Assembly (NCBI GenBank): GCA_035528115.1
Contig: DATKZF010000001.1
Location: 226,312-266,694 of the forward strand
DNA: 40,383 bases
Direction of reading: 5' to 3'
Source of the DNA: Candidatus Bipolaricaulota bacterium
Lineage (GTDB): Bacteria > Patescibacteriota > Patescibacteriia > UBA11705 > DATKZF01
Of this stretch, positions 1-8,010 are shown in pieces. The position numbers and the translations under genes were made by a program. A model generated the notes under the pieces. It made no database searches and was not told the origin of the DNA. It saw only the letters and a list, made by a program, of their open reading frames with translations. How positions within the stretch are numbered: the first letter of the stretch is position 1; every line of letters starts with the position of its first letter.

Positions 1-670
1 GCGTTAAACCCGCCAGCGCTTGAATAACCTTATCATGCCCCTTTCGTTCCACCAGTCTGGCCACGGTCAATAAAATTTTTTTATTTTTCAAATTATATCG
101 CTCGCTGATATCGTTTTTCAAAGCTTGATCCACATTAACGCATTCAACATTCGGGCAAGGATAAATGATATTGATTTTTTCTTCTCTCACTCCAATTTCG
201 ATCAAGGCTTTTTTGGTATATTCGCTATTGGCGATAACACAATCAGCGGCTCTTAAAACACAACGCATCAGCTTGTATTTTCTGGACTTTTTTTTCGGGG
301 TTTTGACATCCGTGCCGTGGCAGGAAACTATATATTTGAAATTGAAAAATTTTCTGAGCAAATACGCGGCCGATCCGACCGGCAATACCTGTCCGACAAT
401 AATCCTCTTGATCTTTTCCTTTCTAATCAATTTTTGCATCGCGAAAACCATGGGCAGCCATTTTGGCCACAGCCATTTTTGGCGCGAAATCAAAACTCTG
501 CGGTAAATCAAATAATTTTGATAACAGTCAAAATCATGAGAACCCTCATATTCGGGCGCCAAAACCGACACCGAATCCGCGGGCAAACAGCCGCAAAGAT
601 TGGCCCAATAATTGGCCACGCCGCCAAGACGTGGCGGAAAATCAAGCGTCACCAATAATGTTTTTTCCAT
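1..670 (-). CDS. Glycosyltransferase (GT4/GT1-like), N-terminal part; C-terminus lies off the window
   Basis: Not in the ORF track because it is open at the window edge. Manual translation from the ATG at 668-670 gives MEKTLLVTLDFPPRLGGVANYWANLCGCLPADSVSVLAPEYEG...QKWLWPKWLPMVFAMQKLIRKEKIKRIIVGQVLPVGSAAY. I checked about 100 codons and saw no stop. The LDFPPxxGG N-terminus is typical of GT4 enzymes. Confidence 0.7.
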   Translation of the reverse strand, partial: MEKTLLVTLDFPPRLGGVANYWANLCGCLPADSVSVLAPEYEGSHDFDCYQNYLIYRRVLISRQKWLWPKWLPMVFAMQKLIRKEKIKRIIVGQVLPVGSAAYLLRKFFNFKYIVSCHGTDVKTPKKKSRKYKLMRCVLRAADCVIANSEYTKKALIEIGVREEKINIIYPCPNVECVNVDQALKNDISERYNLKNKKILLTVARLVERKGHDKVIQALAGLT

Positions 671-672
671 AT

Positions 673-1368
673 TTATATCAAACCGATTATACCCATCATT
701 TCTCCGGCGAGTTCATTTTTTTCCCTCCGATATGAAAAATACTTGTCAGACCGGCACTTGGTGCATTCACCCGCCAGCATTATATTGTTATCATTGACGC
801 CCGCCCTTGTCAAACAATCAACGGCTATTTTAGGCAAATCAATGAAATAAGAACCTTTAAGACCATGTTTAATGTGATTGGGCCAAGGCGAAAAATTGTG
901 GATAACATCGTCTTTCACCTCGAAACAGCATTGTCCGATCCCCGGTCCAATGGCGACCGAAACATTGGCAAAATCAAAGGTTCCCAATTTCGCTTGAGCT
1001 TTATTGAAAAATTCCTCGATAATGCCGGCCGTCAAAGGCTTCCAACCGGCATGGATGATCCCGACAAATTCCGGCGCTCGCCCGAAAACGAATATAGGCA
1101 GACAATCCGCCGTGTTCACCGATAAAAAAACGCCTTTTTGATCGGTAAACAAACCGTCCGTTTTTTCAAAAAAGGAAATTTGACCGTCAGCGAAACCTAC
1201 ATTTCTCCCGTGAACCTGATTCATTCTGACCAATTTCTCGGGCGAGATATTTAAAAGCCTTAAAAAACGCTCAATATTATGAGCATCTTTTCTCAAATCA
1301 CCGGCCTCTTTATTGGAAAAAACCGCTGACACTTTTTCTTGTTCGGGGAAAATTTTATCAAAACACAT
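673..1368 (-). CDS. pgeF: Peptidoglycan editing factor PgeF / YfiH (DUF152 laccase-domain family)
   Basis: 231 aa with an ATG start. Contains HAGWKPLTAG, CCFEV and CTKC...YFSYRRE motifs typical of YfiH/PgeF. Confidence 0.8.
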   Translation of the reverse strand: MCFDKIFPEQEKVSAVFSNKEAGDLRKDAHNIERFLRLLNISPEKLVRMNQVHGRNVGFADGQISFFEKTDGLFTDQKGVFLSVNTADCLPIFVFGRAPEFVGIIHAGWKPLTAGIIEEFFNKAQAKLGTFDFANVSVAIGPGIGQCCFEVKDDVIHNFSPWPNHIKHGLKGSYFIDLPKIAVDCLTRAGVNDNNIMLAGECTKCRSDKYFSYRREKNELAGEMMGIIGLI

Positions 1369-1370
1369 AA

Positions 1371-2831
1371 CTACCTCAAAAATATTTTTTTAAATTCATT
1401 GTAATCTTTTTTATCAATGCCTTTAACCGCCAACATGACGGCCAAATAAACAATCGCGCCAACGGCGATGGATAAAAGAATATTCACGCTGTCTTTTATG
1501 GACATGACAACCAGCGACATGATTCCGCCGGCCAAAACCGTTTTGGCGAAAGAAATCAGTAATAACCTCTTGGAATACGCGATCACTTTTCTGGCGCAAT
1601 AAAGTCCGGCGAAGAAAAGAAAACCATGACTGCACAAAAAAGCGATGGCCGCGCCGTTGTATTTTAATATCGGAATCAAGATGATGTTTAAGGTCAAATT
1701 TATAATCATGGTCAAGCCGACCAATTTCGTGTTTTGCACCTGTCGATCCGTGGCGTTTAGCAGCGATCCCAGAGGGAAATTCAAAAAGACAAAAACCACG
1801 CCGATTGACAATAATTGCAAGGTAATAACGGCGGGCAAATAATCATCGGTATAGGCCGCGCCTATTATTTTATCGGCCAAGCTGGCGATGCCAAACATGA
1901 TCGGCACGGCCAACATGGTCAAATAAGCCATTGATTTGTCAAAAATATCTTTCAGTTTGTCCTTGGCTTCAACGAAATAAGAGCTCATGGCTGGAAAAAT
2001 GGCGGCCGCGAACGCCGAAGGAATAAATTGCAAGGCGAAAATCATCTTATAAGCCGAAGAATACAAAGCGATTTCTTTGGCGCCCGCCAAAAAATAAAGC
2101 AATATTTGATCGATATAACCGTAAATTCTGCCGAATATGGCCAGCAGGGCGAAAGGAAAAGATAATTTCAGCAGCGAGAAAATAAGTTTTTTATCCCAAT
2201 TAAATGACAATTTGATCTTTAACTTCCTCCTGACCAAAATCGCTGAAAAAATAAGATTGAATAGCGAACCTCCGATAAAAGCGATCACCAAAAAATGAAG
2301 CGGGAGTTTGAAAAATAAAGAAGCTCCGCCGATGGCCACCACAATCAATTGATTTAAAACTACTCCGATAGCTTCGTATTTCAAATTTTGAAAGCCGCGA
2401 AACAGACCCCAAAAACCCAAGGTAAAAGAATCCATAATCATGACCAAGCCCGACAAGTACACCAATTGTTTGGTCAGCAAATCATTGGCCACGCTGTCAT
2501 TGCCGAGCGGATGCTTCAAAAACAAGCCGATGCCCAAAAAAACAAGCAAATATACAACCAAGGAAGCAATGAACCTGAAAGACAAAGTGGCTGATAAATA
2601 TTCTTTCGCTTTGTCTTTATATTTGGCGCTTTCGCGAATCAGTATTTGGCTCAAACCCATATCGATAAAAACCGCGGCCAAAGTGGTGAAACTCATGGCG
2701 AAAGTGTATGTGCCCACGTTTTCAACCGATATCGATCTGGCGATCAAAATAAAATAAAAAAACGATATTACTTTTTGCAATATGTAAGAAGCGGTCAAAT
2801 AAGTTGTGTTTTGAGCTACGGAACGAGACAT
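1371..2831 (-). CDS. Polysaccharide/oligosaccharide flippase (Wzx/MOP superfamily)
   Basis: 486 aa and polytopic. The N-terminus NTTYLTASYILQKVISFFYFILIARSISVENVGTYTF resembles polysaccharide biosynthesis (Wzx) proteins. Confidence 0.7.
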   Translation of the reverse strand: MSRSVAQNTTYLTASYILQKVISFFYFILIARSISVENVGTYTFAMSFTTLAAVFIDMGLSQILIRESAKYKDKAKEYLSATLSFRFIASLVVYLLVFLGIGLFLKHPLGNDSVANDLLTKQLVYLSGLVMIMDSFTLGFWGLFRGFQNLKYEAIGVVLNQLIVVAIGGASLFFKLPLHFLVIAFIGGSLFNLIFSAILVRRKLKIKLSFNWDKKLIFSLLKLSFPFALLAIFGRIYGYIDQILLYFLAGAKEIALYSSAYKMIFALQFIPSAFAAAIFPAMSSYFVEAKDKLKDIFDKSMAYLTMLAVPIMFGIASLADKIIGAAYTDDYLPAVITLQLLSIGVVFVFLNFPLGSLLNATDRQVQNTKLVGLTMIINLTLNIILIPILKYNGAAIAFLCSHGFLFFAGLYCARKVIAYSKRLLLISFAKTVLAGGIMSLVVMSIKDSVNILLSIAVGAIVYLAVMLAVKGIDKKDYNEFKKIFLR

Positions 2832-2890
2832 ACAATGAGATTATTATATCAATAATTATAACGACTGACAATTTATCAAAATCGGTAAAA

Positions 2891-2922
2891 CAAAAAACCC
2901 CTTTGTTTCAAGGGATTTTTTT
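2891..2922 (-). terminator. Weak bidirectional hairpin terminator downstream of rpsI
   Basis: CCCTT-tgtttc-AAGGG stem flanked by an A-run and a T-run. The stem is only 5 bp. Confidence 0.45.
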
Positions 2923-2931
2923 ATATCAAAT

Positions 2932-3435
2932 TTATCGTTTACTCCATTGCGGCGCTCGTCTGGCGCCCCTTAAACCGGGCTTCTTTCTTTCTTTCTTTCT
3001 CGCGTCTCTGGTCAGATAACCGGCTTTTTTCAAAGGTTTTCTGAAATTGGGATTCAATTGAATCAGGGCCTTCGAAATTCCGTGCCTGGTCGCTTCAGAC
3101 TGGCTTTTTGAGCCCCCGCCGATTACTTTAACGGAAACATCAAGCTTATCTTGCTGACCGATCAATTTCAATGGCTTAATGACGATTTCCCGCAAAGTGT
3201 CCGTAGGGAAATAAACGTTCATTTCCTTGCCGTTAACCTTAACCGCGCCCTTGCCCTTTTTATACACGCGGACTTGAGCGATTGAAGTTTTTCTTTTGCC
3301 CACCGCGTATAAATAATCTCTCTTTTTTTCAACTTCTTCTTTCTCTTCTTTTTCAACCGTTTTCTTGACCGTTTTCACCGGTTTCTTCACAGCCTTCTTG
3401 GTATCTTTTTTAATTGTGGCTTTCTTTATTGGCAT
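2932..3435 (-). CDS. rpsI: 30S ribosomal protein S9 with a Lys-rich N-terminal extension
   Basis: C-terminus is GGGSKSQSEATRHGISKALI...LTRDARKKERKKPGLRGARRAPQWSKR. The track ORF starts at a TTG (3462) that overlaps rplM, so I prefer the ATG at 3433-3435. Confidence 0.9.
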   Translation of the reverse strand: MPIKKATIKKDTKKAVKKPVKTVKKTVEKEEKEEVEKKRDYLYAVGKRKTSIAQVRVYKKGKGAVKVNGKEMNVYFPTDTLREIVIKPLKLIGQQDKLDVSVKVIGGGSKSQSEATRHGISKALIQLNPNFRKPLKKAGYLTRDARKKERKKPGLRGARRAPQWSKR

Positions 3436-3451
3436 AATTTCTTGCGCGATC

Positions 3452-3814
3452 TTATTTAACAAATCTTAATCTTTTGATCATGTTCGATCTCAATCTATTT
3501 TTCGGCAACATTCCCAAAACCGTATTTTTTAAAACTTTTTCCGGATTTTTTTTCATCAAATCGTCCAAACCATATTCTTTAAGTCCGCCCGGATAACCAG
3601 AATGATGATAATATTTTTTTTGCTCAATCTTTTTGCCCGTAAATTTCATTTTGCTAACATTGCTGATTTCGACAATATCTCCGCGGTCTTCATGAAATTG
3701 AAAATCCGTTTTATTTTTTCCTCTCAATAAAATAGCTATTTGCGACGCCAATCTGCCTAAAGCTATATCTTCGGCGTCTAATGTGTGAATTTTTCTAACC
3801 AATTCTTTTGCCAT
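3452..3814 (-). CDS. rplM: 50S ribosomal protein L13
   Basis: 120 aa. Contains LGRLASQIAILLRGKNK and YYHHSGYPGGLKE, and sits in the rplM-rpsI gene order. Confidence 0.9.
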   Translation of the reverse strand: MAKELVRKIHTLDAEDIALGRLASQIAILLRGKNKTDFQFHEDRGDIVEISNVSKMKFTGKKIEQKKYYHHSGYPGGLKEYGLDDLMKKNPEKVLKNTVLGMLPKNRLRSNMIKRLRFVK

Positions 3815-3817
3815 ATT

Positions 3818-4243
3818 TTATGCTTGCTTTACGATTTTTTTCTTAACTTCTTTCTTGGGTTCCGCAACCTTACCGGCTGCCTTTTTATTATAACCGACCA
3901 ATTCGATCATGGCCATGGGGGCCGCGTCTCCTTGCCTCGGCTTCAATTTCAAAATTCTGGTGTAACCGCCGGGTCTTTTCGCGTTTAACGGACCGACATC
4001 TTCCAATAATATTTTTACCGCTTTTTCGTCGTAATAATACGCCAACAGCAATCTTCGAATCGCGAGTGTGTTGACTTTCGCTTTGGTGATATGCTTTTCG
4101 ACAATCGGCCTCAGCGATTTGGCTTTGGCCTCGGTCGTCTTTATTTTGCCGTTTAAAATCAAATTGGTGGCCAAGCCGCGCATCAGCGCTTTTCTCGGAC
4201 CGCATTTTCTGCCCAATTTTCTACCGGTTTTTCTATGTCGCAT
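3818..4243 (-). CDS. rplQ: 50S ribosomal protein L17
   Basis: MRHRKTGRKLGRKCGPRKALMRGLATNLILNGKIKTTEAKAKSLRP is canonical L17. It follows rpoA. Confidence 0.92.
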   Translation of the reverse strand: MRHRKTGRKLGRKCGPRKALMRGLATNLILNGKIKTTEAKAKSLRPIVEKHITKAKVNTLAIRRLLLAYYYDEKAVKILLEDVGPLNAKRPGGYTRILKLKPRQGDAAPMAMIELVGYNKKAAGKVAEPKKEVKKKIVKQA

Positions 4244-4245
4244 AT

Positions 4246-5046
4246 TTATTTATCCTTCTTAGATTTTTTCTTTGGTTTCTTTTCTTCAACTTCTTCCATT
4301 TCTTCAACCTCGGCCGGGACCTCCTCAACCGAAGCTTCGGCCATAACCGGTTCAACCGTTTTCTCTCCCACCAACAAATTAAGATGGTCAATCAATATCT
4401 GCGAAGCCGCTTTAACCGCTTCTTTGGGAGAAATCGTGCCGTCGGTTTCAATATCCATTACCAATTTGTCGTAATTTGTTATATCACCCACGCGAATATC
4501 TTCGCGCTTAAAACCGATATTTTTAAGAGGAGAAAACAAAGCGTCTATTAAAATAGTGCCGATTTCCAAATCCTCTTTGCTTCTTTCTTCCGTAGCCAAA
4601 TAACCTCTGCCTTGACTGACCGTAATTTCCATTTCCAGCTCCGAATCCTTATCCGTTAAACTGGCGATGTGCAAATCCTGATTGATAATTTCAACTTGAG
4701 CGTTTTTATCAATGTCAGCCGCGGTAATTTCCTTTTTACCTTTTACTTTCAATGTTAACTTCTGCGGCTCTTCGGAAAAAACTTTCAATCTCATCAATTT
4801 CAAATTCAGACACACTTCCAAAGCATTTTCCTTAACATTCTTTATGGCTGAAAATTCCTGATCCACGCCTTTTATTTTCACGGCCGTCGCAGCCGCTCCG
4901 GGCAAAGATGACAACAGCACCCTTCTCAAGGCGTTGCCGATCGTTGTGCCGTACCCCATATACATCGGCTCAATAGTCAAAGTGGCCTGATTTTCCTCAG
5001 CGCCATCTTGGTATTGGATTTTTGACGGTAAAAGTAATGATTCCAT
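4246..5046 (-). CDS. rpoA: DNA-directed RNA polymerase alpha subunit, N-terminal domain only (no alpha-CTD)
   Basis: 266 aa. GYGTTIGNALRRVLLSSLPGAA marks the alpha-NTD. After about residue 225 there is only an acidic/Lys tail, EEVPAEVEEMEEVEEKKPKKKSKKDK. Confidence 0.88.
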   Translation of the reverse strand: MESLLLPSKIQYQDGAEENQATLTIEPMYMGYGTTIGNALRRVLLSSLPGAAATAVKIKGVDQEFSAIKNVKENALEVCLNLKLMRLKVFSEEPQKLTLKVKGKKEITAADIDKNAQVEIINQDLHIASLTDKDSELEMEITVSQGRGYLATEERSKEDLEIGTILIDALFSPLKNIGFKREDIRVGDITNYDKLVMDIETDGTISPKEAVKAASQILIDHLNLLVGEKTVEPVMAEASVEEVPAEVEEMEEVEEKKPKKKSKKDK

Positions 5047-5135
5047 AATTTATTCCGATCCCCCTCCTTTTTATTCTTTATTGAATAAATCGGCAATTTT
5101 GACCGGATTTATTTTAGCCGACAAGCGTCGGTTAA

Positions 5136-5765
5136 TTACCTAGAATAATATTCAACGATTTGCTTCATGTCAAAGTCGGTAACGGATTTTTTGAAATCCG
5201 GAGCAGCCAGCACTTTGGCTGACATGGTTTTCAGATCGAAATACAACCATTCCGGCGATTCCTGCGTTTTAAGTCTCTCCGCCGCGTTTTTGAATAACGG
5301 CGTCTCCAAGCTCTTTTTCTTTACATCTATGGCATCATTGACCTTCAATTGATAAGATGGGATATTCACTTTTTTGCCATTAATAAGGAAATGTCCATGA
5401 CCGATCATCTGCCTGGCCTGATTTCTCGATGTTGCCAAGCCTAAACGAAAAATAACATTATCGAACCTGCTTTCAAGCATGGTGAAAAAGTGCTCTTCGG
5501 AATTTCCTTTTTTCCTGGTCGCTTTTTTGAAATATAAAGAAAACTGATTTTCTTTGATGTTATACAATCTCCTGGCGGTTTGCTTTTCCCTCAGCTGTCT
5601 GCCGTAAACCGACATTTTTCTGGTCGGGCCTTGTTTATGTCCATGCTGACCGGGCAGATAATTTCTTTTTACAATGGCGCATTTGCTGGTATTGCAACGA
5701 TCACCTTTCAAAAAAAGCTTTTTACCTTCCCTCCGGCATAATTTGCACATTAAACTTTTTTTCAT
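5136..5765 (-). CDS. rpsD: 30S ribosomal protein S4
   Basis: 209 aa. Has a CRREGKKLFLKGDRC zinc-ribbon-like N-terminus and an S4 domain (FRLGLATSRNQARQMIGHGHFLINGKKV). Confidence 0.92.
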   Translation of the reverse strand: MKKSLMCKLCRREGKKLFLKGDRCNTSKCAIVKRNYLPGQHGHKQGPTRKMSVYGRQLREKQTARRLYNIKENQFSLYFKKATRKKGNSEEHFFTMLESRFDNVIFRLGLATSRNQARQMIGHGHFLINGKKVNIPSYQLKVNDAIDVKKKSLETPLFKNAAERLKTQESPEWLYFDLKTMSAKVLAAPDFKKSVTDFDMKQIVEYYSR

Positions 5766-5769
5766 AATA

Positions 5770-6159
5770 TTACACTTTTCTTGGCTTGCGACGTCTGCAA
5801 CCGTTATGCGGTATCGGAGTGACGTCCTTAATTGATAAGACGTTAATGCCGTTGGCGTTCAATCCTCTGATCGCCGCTTCTCGACCCAAGCCGACACCCT
5901 TGACGAAAACATGGACGTCTTTAAGGCCGTATGGCTGAGCTTTCTCGGCCGCGTTCTTAACGATGATCGAAGCCGCGAACGGCGTGGCTTTTTTGGGTCC
6001 TCTAAAACCGTTCAACCCGGCGCTCGACCAAGCGAGCACATTCCCTGTCTGATCGGTCAAAGTCACCAATGTATTATTATAAGTGGACTTAATATAAGCT
6101 CGGCCCAGCGGGGTCTGCTTGATTATTTTTTTCTTCTTGGATTTTGAAATTTGTGCCAT
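5770..6159 (-). CDS. rpsK: 30S ribosomal protein S11
   Basis: 129 aa. Contains NNTLVTLTDQTGNVLAWSSAG and PHNGCRRRKPRKV. Confidence 0.93.
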   Translation of the reverse strand: MAQISKSKKKKIIKQTPLGRAYIKSTYNNTLVTLTDQTGNVLAWSSAGLNGFRGPKKATPFAASIIVKNAAEKAQPYGLKDVHVFVKGVGLGREAAIRGLNANGINVLSIKDVTPIPHNGCRRRKPRKV

Positions 6160-6179
6160 ATTTATTTATTCTTCAAAAT

Positions 6180-6569
6180 TTATGTTTTCTGCGCCGTTGT
6201 CTTCTTACCGCTGCCCATGGTAACTCTCTTGTTGCCTCTGACCGTGCGGCTGTTGGTCTTGGTTCGCTGACCTCTGACCGGCAATTTTTTCATGTGCCTT
6301 AAACCGCGGAACGACTTAATGTCTTTATACCTTTTAATATTGGAAACAACTTCTCGTCTCAAATCTCCTTCAACATGGTATTCTTTTTCAATAATATCTC
6401 TTAACACGTTGGTTTGGTTTTCAGTCAAGTCTTTAACTCTGATATTGGGATCGATTTTCGCTTTAACCAAAATGTCCTTGGCGATTTTCGTGCCAATGCC
6501 ATAAATATAAGTCAATGAAATTTCGACTCTTTTTTCTTTTGGAATTGTAACTCCTGCGATTCTGGCCAT
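6180..6569 (-). CDS. rpsM: 30S ribosomal protein S13
   Basis: 129 aa. Begins [26 protein letters not shown]. Confidence 0.93.
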   Translation of the reverse strand: MARIAGVTIPKEKRVEISLTYIYGIGTKIAKDILVKAKIDPNIRVKDLTENQTNVLRDIIEKEYHVEGDLRREVVSNIKRYKDIKSFRGLRHMKKLPVRGQRTKTNSRTVRGNKRVTMGSGKKTTAQKT

Positions 6570-6575
6570 AATTTT

Positions 6576-6641
6576 TCATCATTTATCACATATCATGGAG
6601 CACATATCATTTGATACATGATTCATATTCCATGTTACATG
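6576..6641. repeat. Degenerate heptamer tandem repeat, locus E1 (family WTYCATG)
   Basis: A 14-nt doublet (cacatatcatggag / cacatatcatttg) is followed by the units atacatg|attcata|ttccatg|ttacatg. It lies between the rpmJ stop and the rpsM start. Confidence 0.6.
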
Positions 6642-6645
6642 AAAA

Positions 6646-6759
6646 TTATCCTTGCCTTTGTTTATGCTTGGGATTTTTGCAAATGACGTGGACTCTTCTT
6701 TTTCGAACCACGATTTTGCAATCTTTACAAATTTTTTTTACGGACGCTTGCACTTTCAT
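6646..6759 (-). CDS. rpmJ: 50S ribosomal protein L36
   Basis: Below the ORF-track size cut-off. Manual translation gives [37 protein letters not shown] (37 aa). Position between infA and rpsM is as expected. Confidence 0.9.
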   Translation of the reverse strand: MKVQASVKKICKDCKIVVRKRRVHVICKNPKHKQRQG

Positions 6760-6827
6760 ATGTCATTCGTTTTCTTCAAATATTAAATCGATCATTAAAA
6801 AACCAACCTCAATATTTTTTTAACATC

Positions 6828-7046
6828 TCAAAATCTATAAACAATTCTGCCTTTGGTGAGATCGTACGGAGTCAGCTCCACCTTCACTTCGTCTCCGGGC
6901 AAAATTTTAATCTTATGGATTCTCATTTTACCGGAAAGATGAGCCAAAATATCGTGTCCGTTGTCCAATTTAACTTTGAACATGGCAGCGGGAAGCTTTT
7001 CTTCCACCTTGCCGCGCATCTCAATGAATTCGTTTTTCTTTCCCAT
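6828..7046 (-). CDS. infA: Translation initiation factor IF-1
   Basis: [72 protein letters not shown] (72 aa). The track ORF is extended to an upstream ATG at 7073. Confidence 0.9.
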   Translation of the reverse strand: MGKKNEFIEMRGKVEEKLPAAMFKVKLDNGHDILAHLSGKMRIHKIKILPGDEVKVELTPYDLTKGRIVYRF

Positions 7047-7072
7047 GAATATTAAATTAAAAATGTAATTCA

Positions 7073-7100
7073 ATTATATAGGATAATAAAATTCAGTCAA
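7073..7100 (-). promoter_or_regulatory. Sigma70-like promoter for infA
   Basis: On the minus strand: TTGACT, a 16-nt spacer, then TATAAT, about 27 nt upstream of the infA ATG. Confidence 0.55.
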
Positions 7101-7232
7101 CCCGCAAATCAGCTCAACTGAAGCTTTTTTATCAAAATTACATTTTTCTATCGCAATATAAATACTATCGAATTTTTACAAAATTGTCAAATTATGAGGC
7201 TAAATAACGGGGATATCCGCTGATTATTGAAA

Positions 7233-7254
7233 AAACCGCTAAGTTTAGCGGTTT
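7233..7254 (-). terminator. Rho-independent terminator of the GC-rich ORF
   Basis: The minus strand reads AAACCGCTAAACTTAGCGGTTTTTTCAAT. The stem overlaps the stop codon at 7253-7255. Confidence 0.7.
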
Positions 7255-7765
7255 ATGCGGCGTCGAACAGATATTTTGCTCTCGCCAGGAGACGGGCCCT
7301 GGCCTCGCTTCGGTACGCTTGCGGAAGCATCAAGTGAATGCACGCTCCAAGAATATTCGAGTAAAACGCAGGGCGGGCCAGCTCGCGCCAGAAGCTCTCG
7401 CAACCCAACCGATTCGTGACCGTGGGGCCGAGCTTTCTTTGAAGCTCTGCAAGGAGCAAATCAATCAGCTTGACGTCCTCGTCGCAGAGAGAGCACAGCC
7501 GAATGAACATACGAGCGTGCTCAATCAAGCTGTCGAGCGCGTCGCGACGGCTCGAGCCCAAAACGACCAGGTTAATCTCGCGCGAAAGCGCGAGCGGCGG
7601 CTCGCGCAGGGCCTTGGCGATGCGCGCGATGGCTTGGGCGCGCTTTTGCGCCACGGAAACGCGAAGGCGGCGAAACGGGTTGAGGTTGCCGACAACCTCG
7701 CTGAATACTCCCTTCACCCGTTTTTCCGCCTCTCCGAAACACAAGCCCATATGCTCGAGCGTCAT
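7253..7765 (-). CDS. Hypothetical protein, GC-rich orphan (predicted all-helical)
   Basis: 170-aa ORF with an ATG start. The terminator is on the minus strand. G+C is much higher than in the neighbours. I recognise no family. Confidence 0.5.
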   Translation of the reverse strand: MTLEHMGLCFGEAEKRVKGVFSEVVGNLNPFRRLRVSVAQKRAQAIARIAKALREPPLALSREINLVVLGSSRRDALDSLIEHARMFIRLCSLCDEDVKLIDLLLAELQRKLGPTVTNRLGCESFWRELARPAFYSNILGACIHLMLPQAYRSEARARLLARAKYLFDAA

Positions 7766-7806
7766 GGTTCCCCCCCCCTTTTTTTTGCGGCAATCAATAC
7801 CGACAA

Positions 7807-8010
7807 TAGTTGTTACGAATTACAATCTTCTGGTTGGCTTCTAAGCGGTTGTTACAAATTACATTCACTTATAGCATTATGCATAAGAAGATTGTAATTC
7901 CTACCTGCCGCCTGCCTGCCGGTCTTCGACTCCGAGCTCAGACTCGAGGAGCAGGCAGGCGTAACAGATAACCTGAAAGCTTATTAAAAGATTGTAATTC
8001 GTAACAACTA
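7807..8010. repeat. 204-bp element bounded by perfect 23-bp inverted repeats, with internal copies and a GC hairpin (MITE-like or operator array)
   Basis: L1 (7807-7829, tagttgttacgaattacaatctt) and R1 (7988-8010) are exact reverse complements. L2 (7848-7866) is a 17/19 direct copy. R2 (7887-7900) is an exact 14-nt inverted copy. An 11-bp GC stem pairs 7909-7919 with 7951-7961. Confidence 0.7.

Noticed and set aside
7319-7897. Long plus-strand ORFs inside the GC-rich islands (7319-7897, 7470-7844, 17235-17786, 30726-31121).
   Set aside because: High-GC DNA produces long antisense ORFs by chance. The promoter, SD and terminator signals I could find are all on the minus strand, so these were not called.
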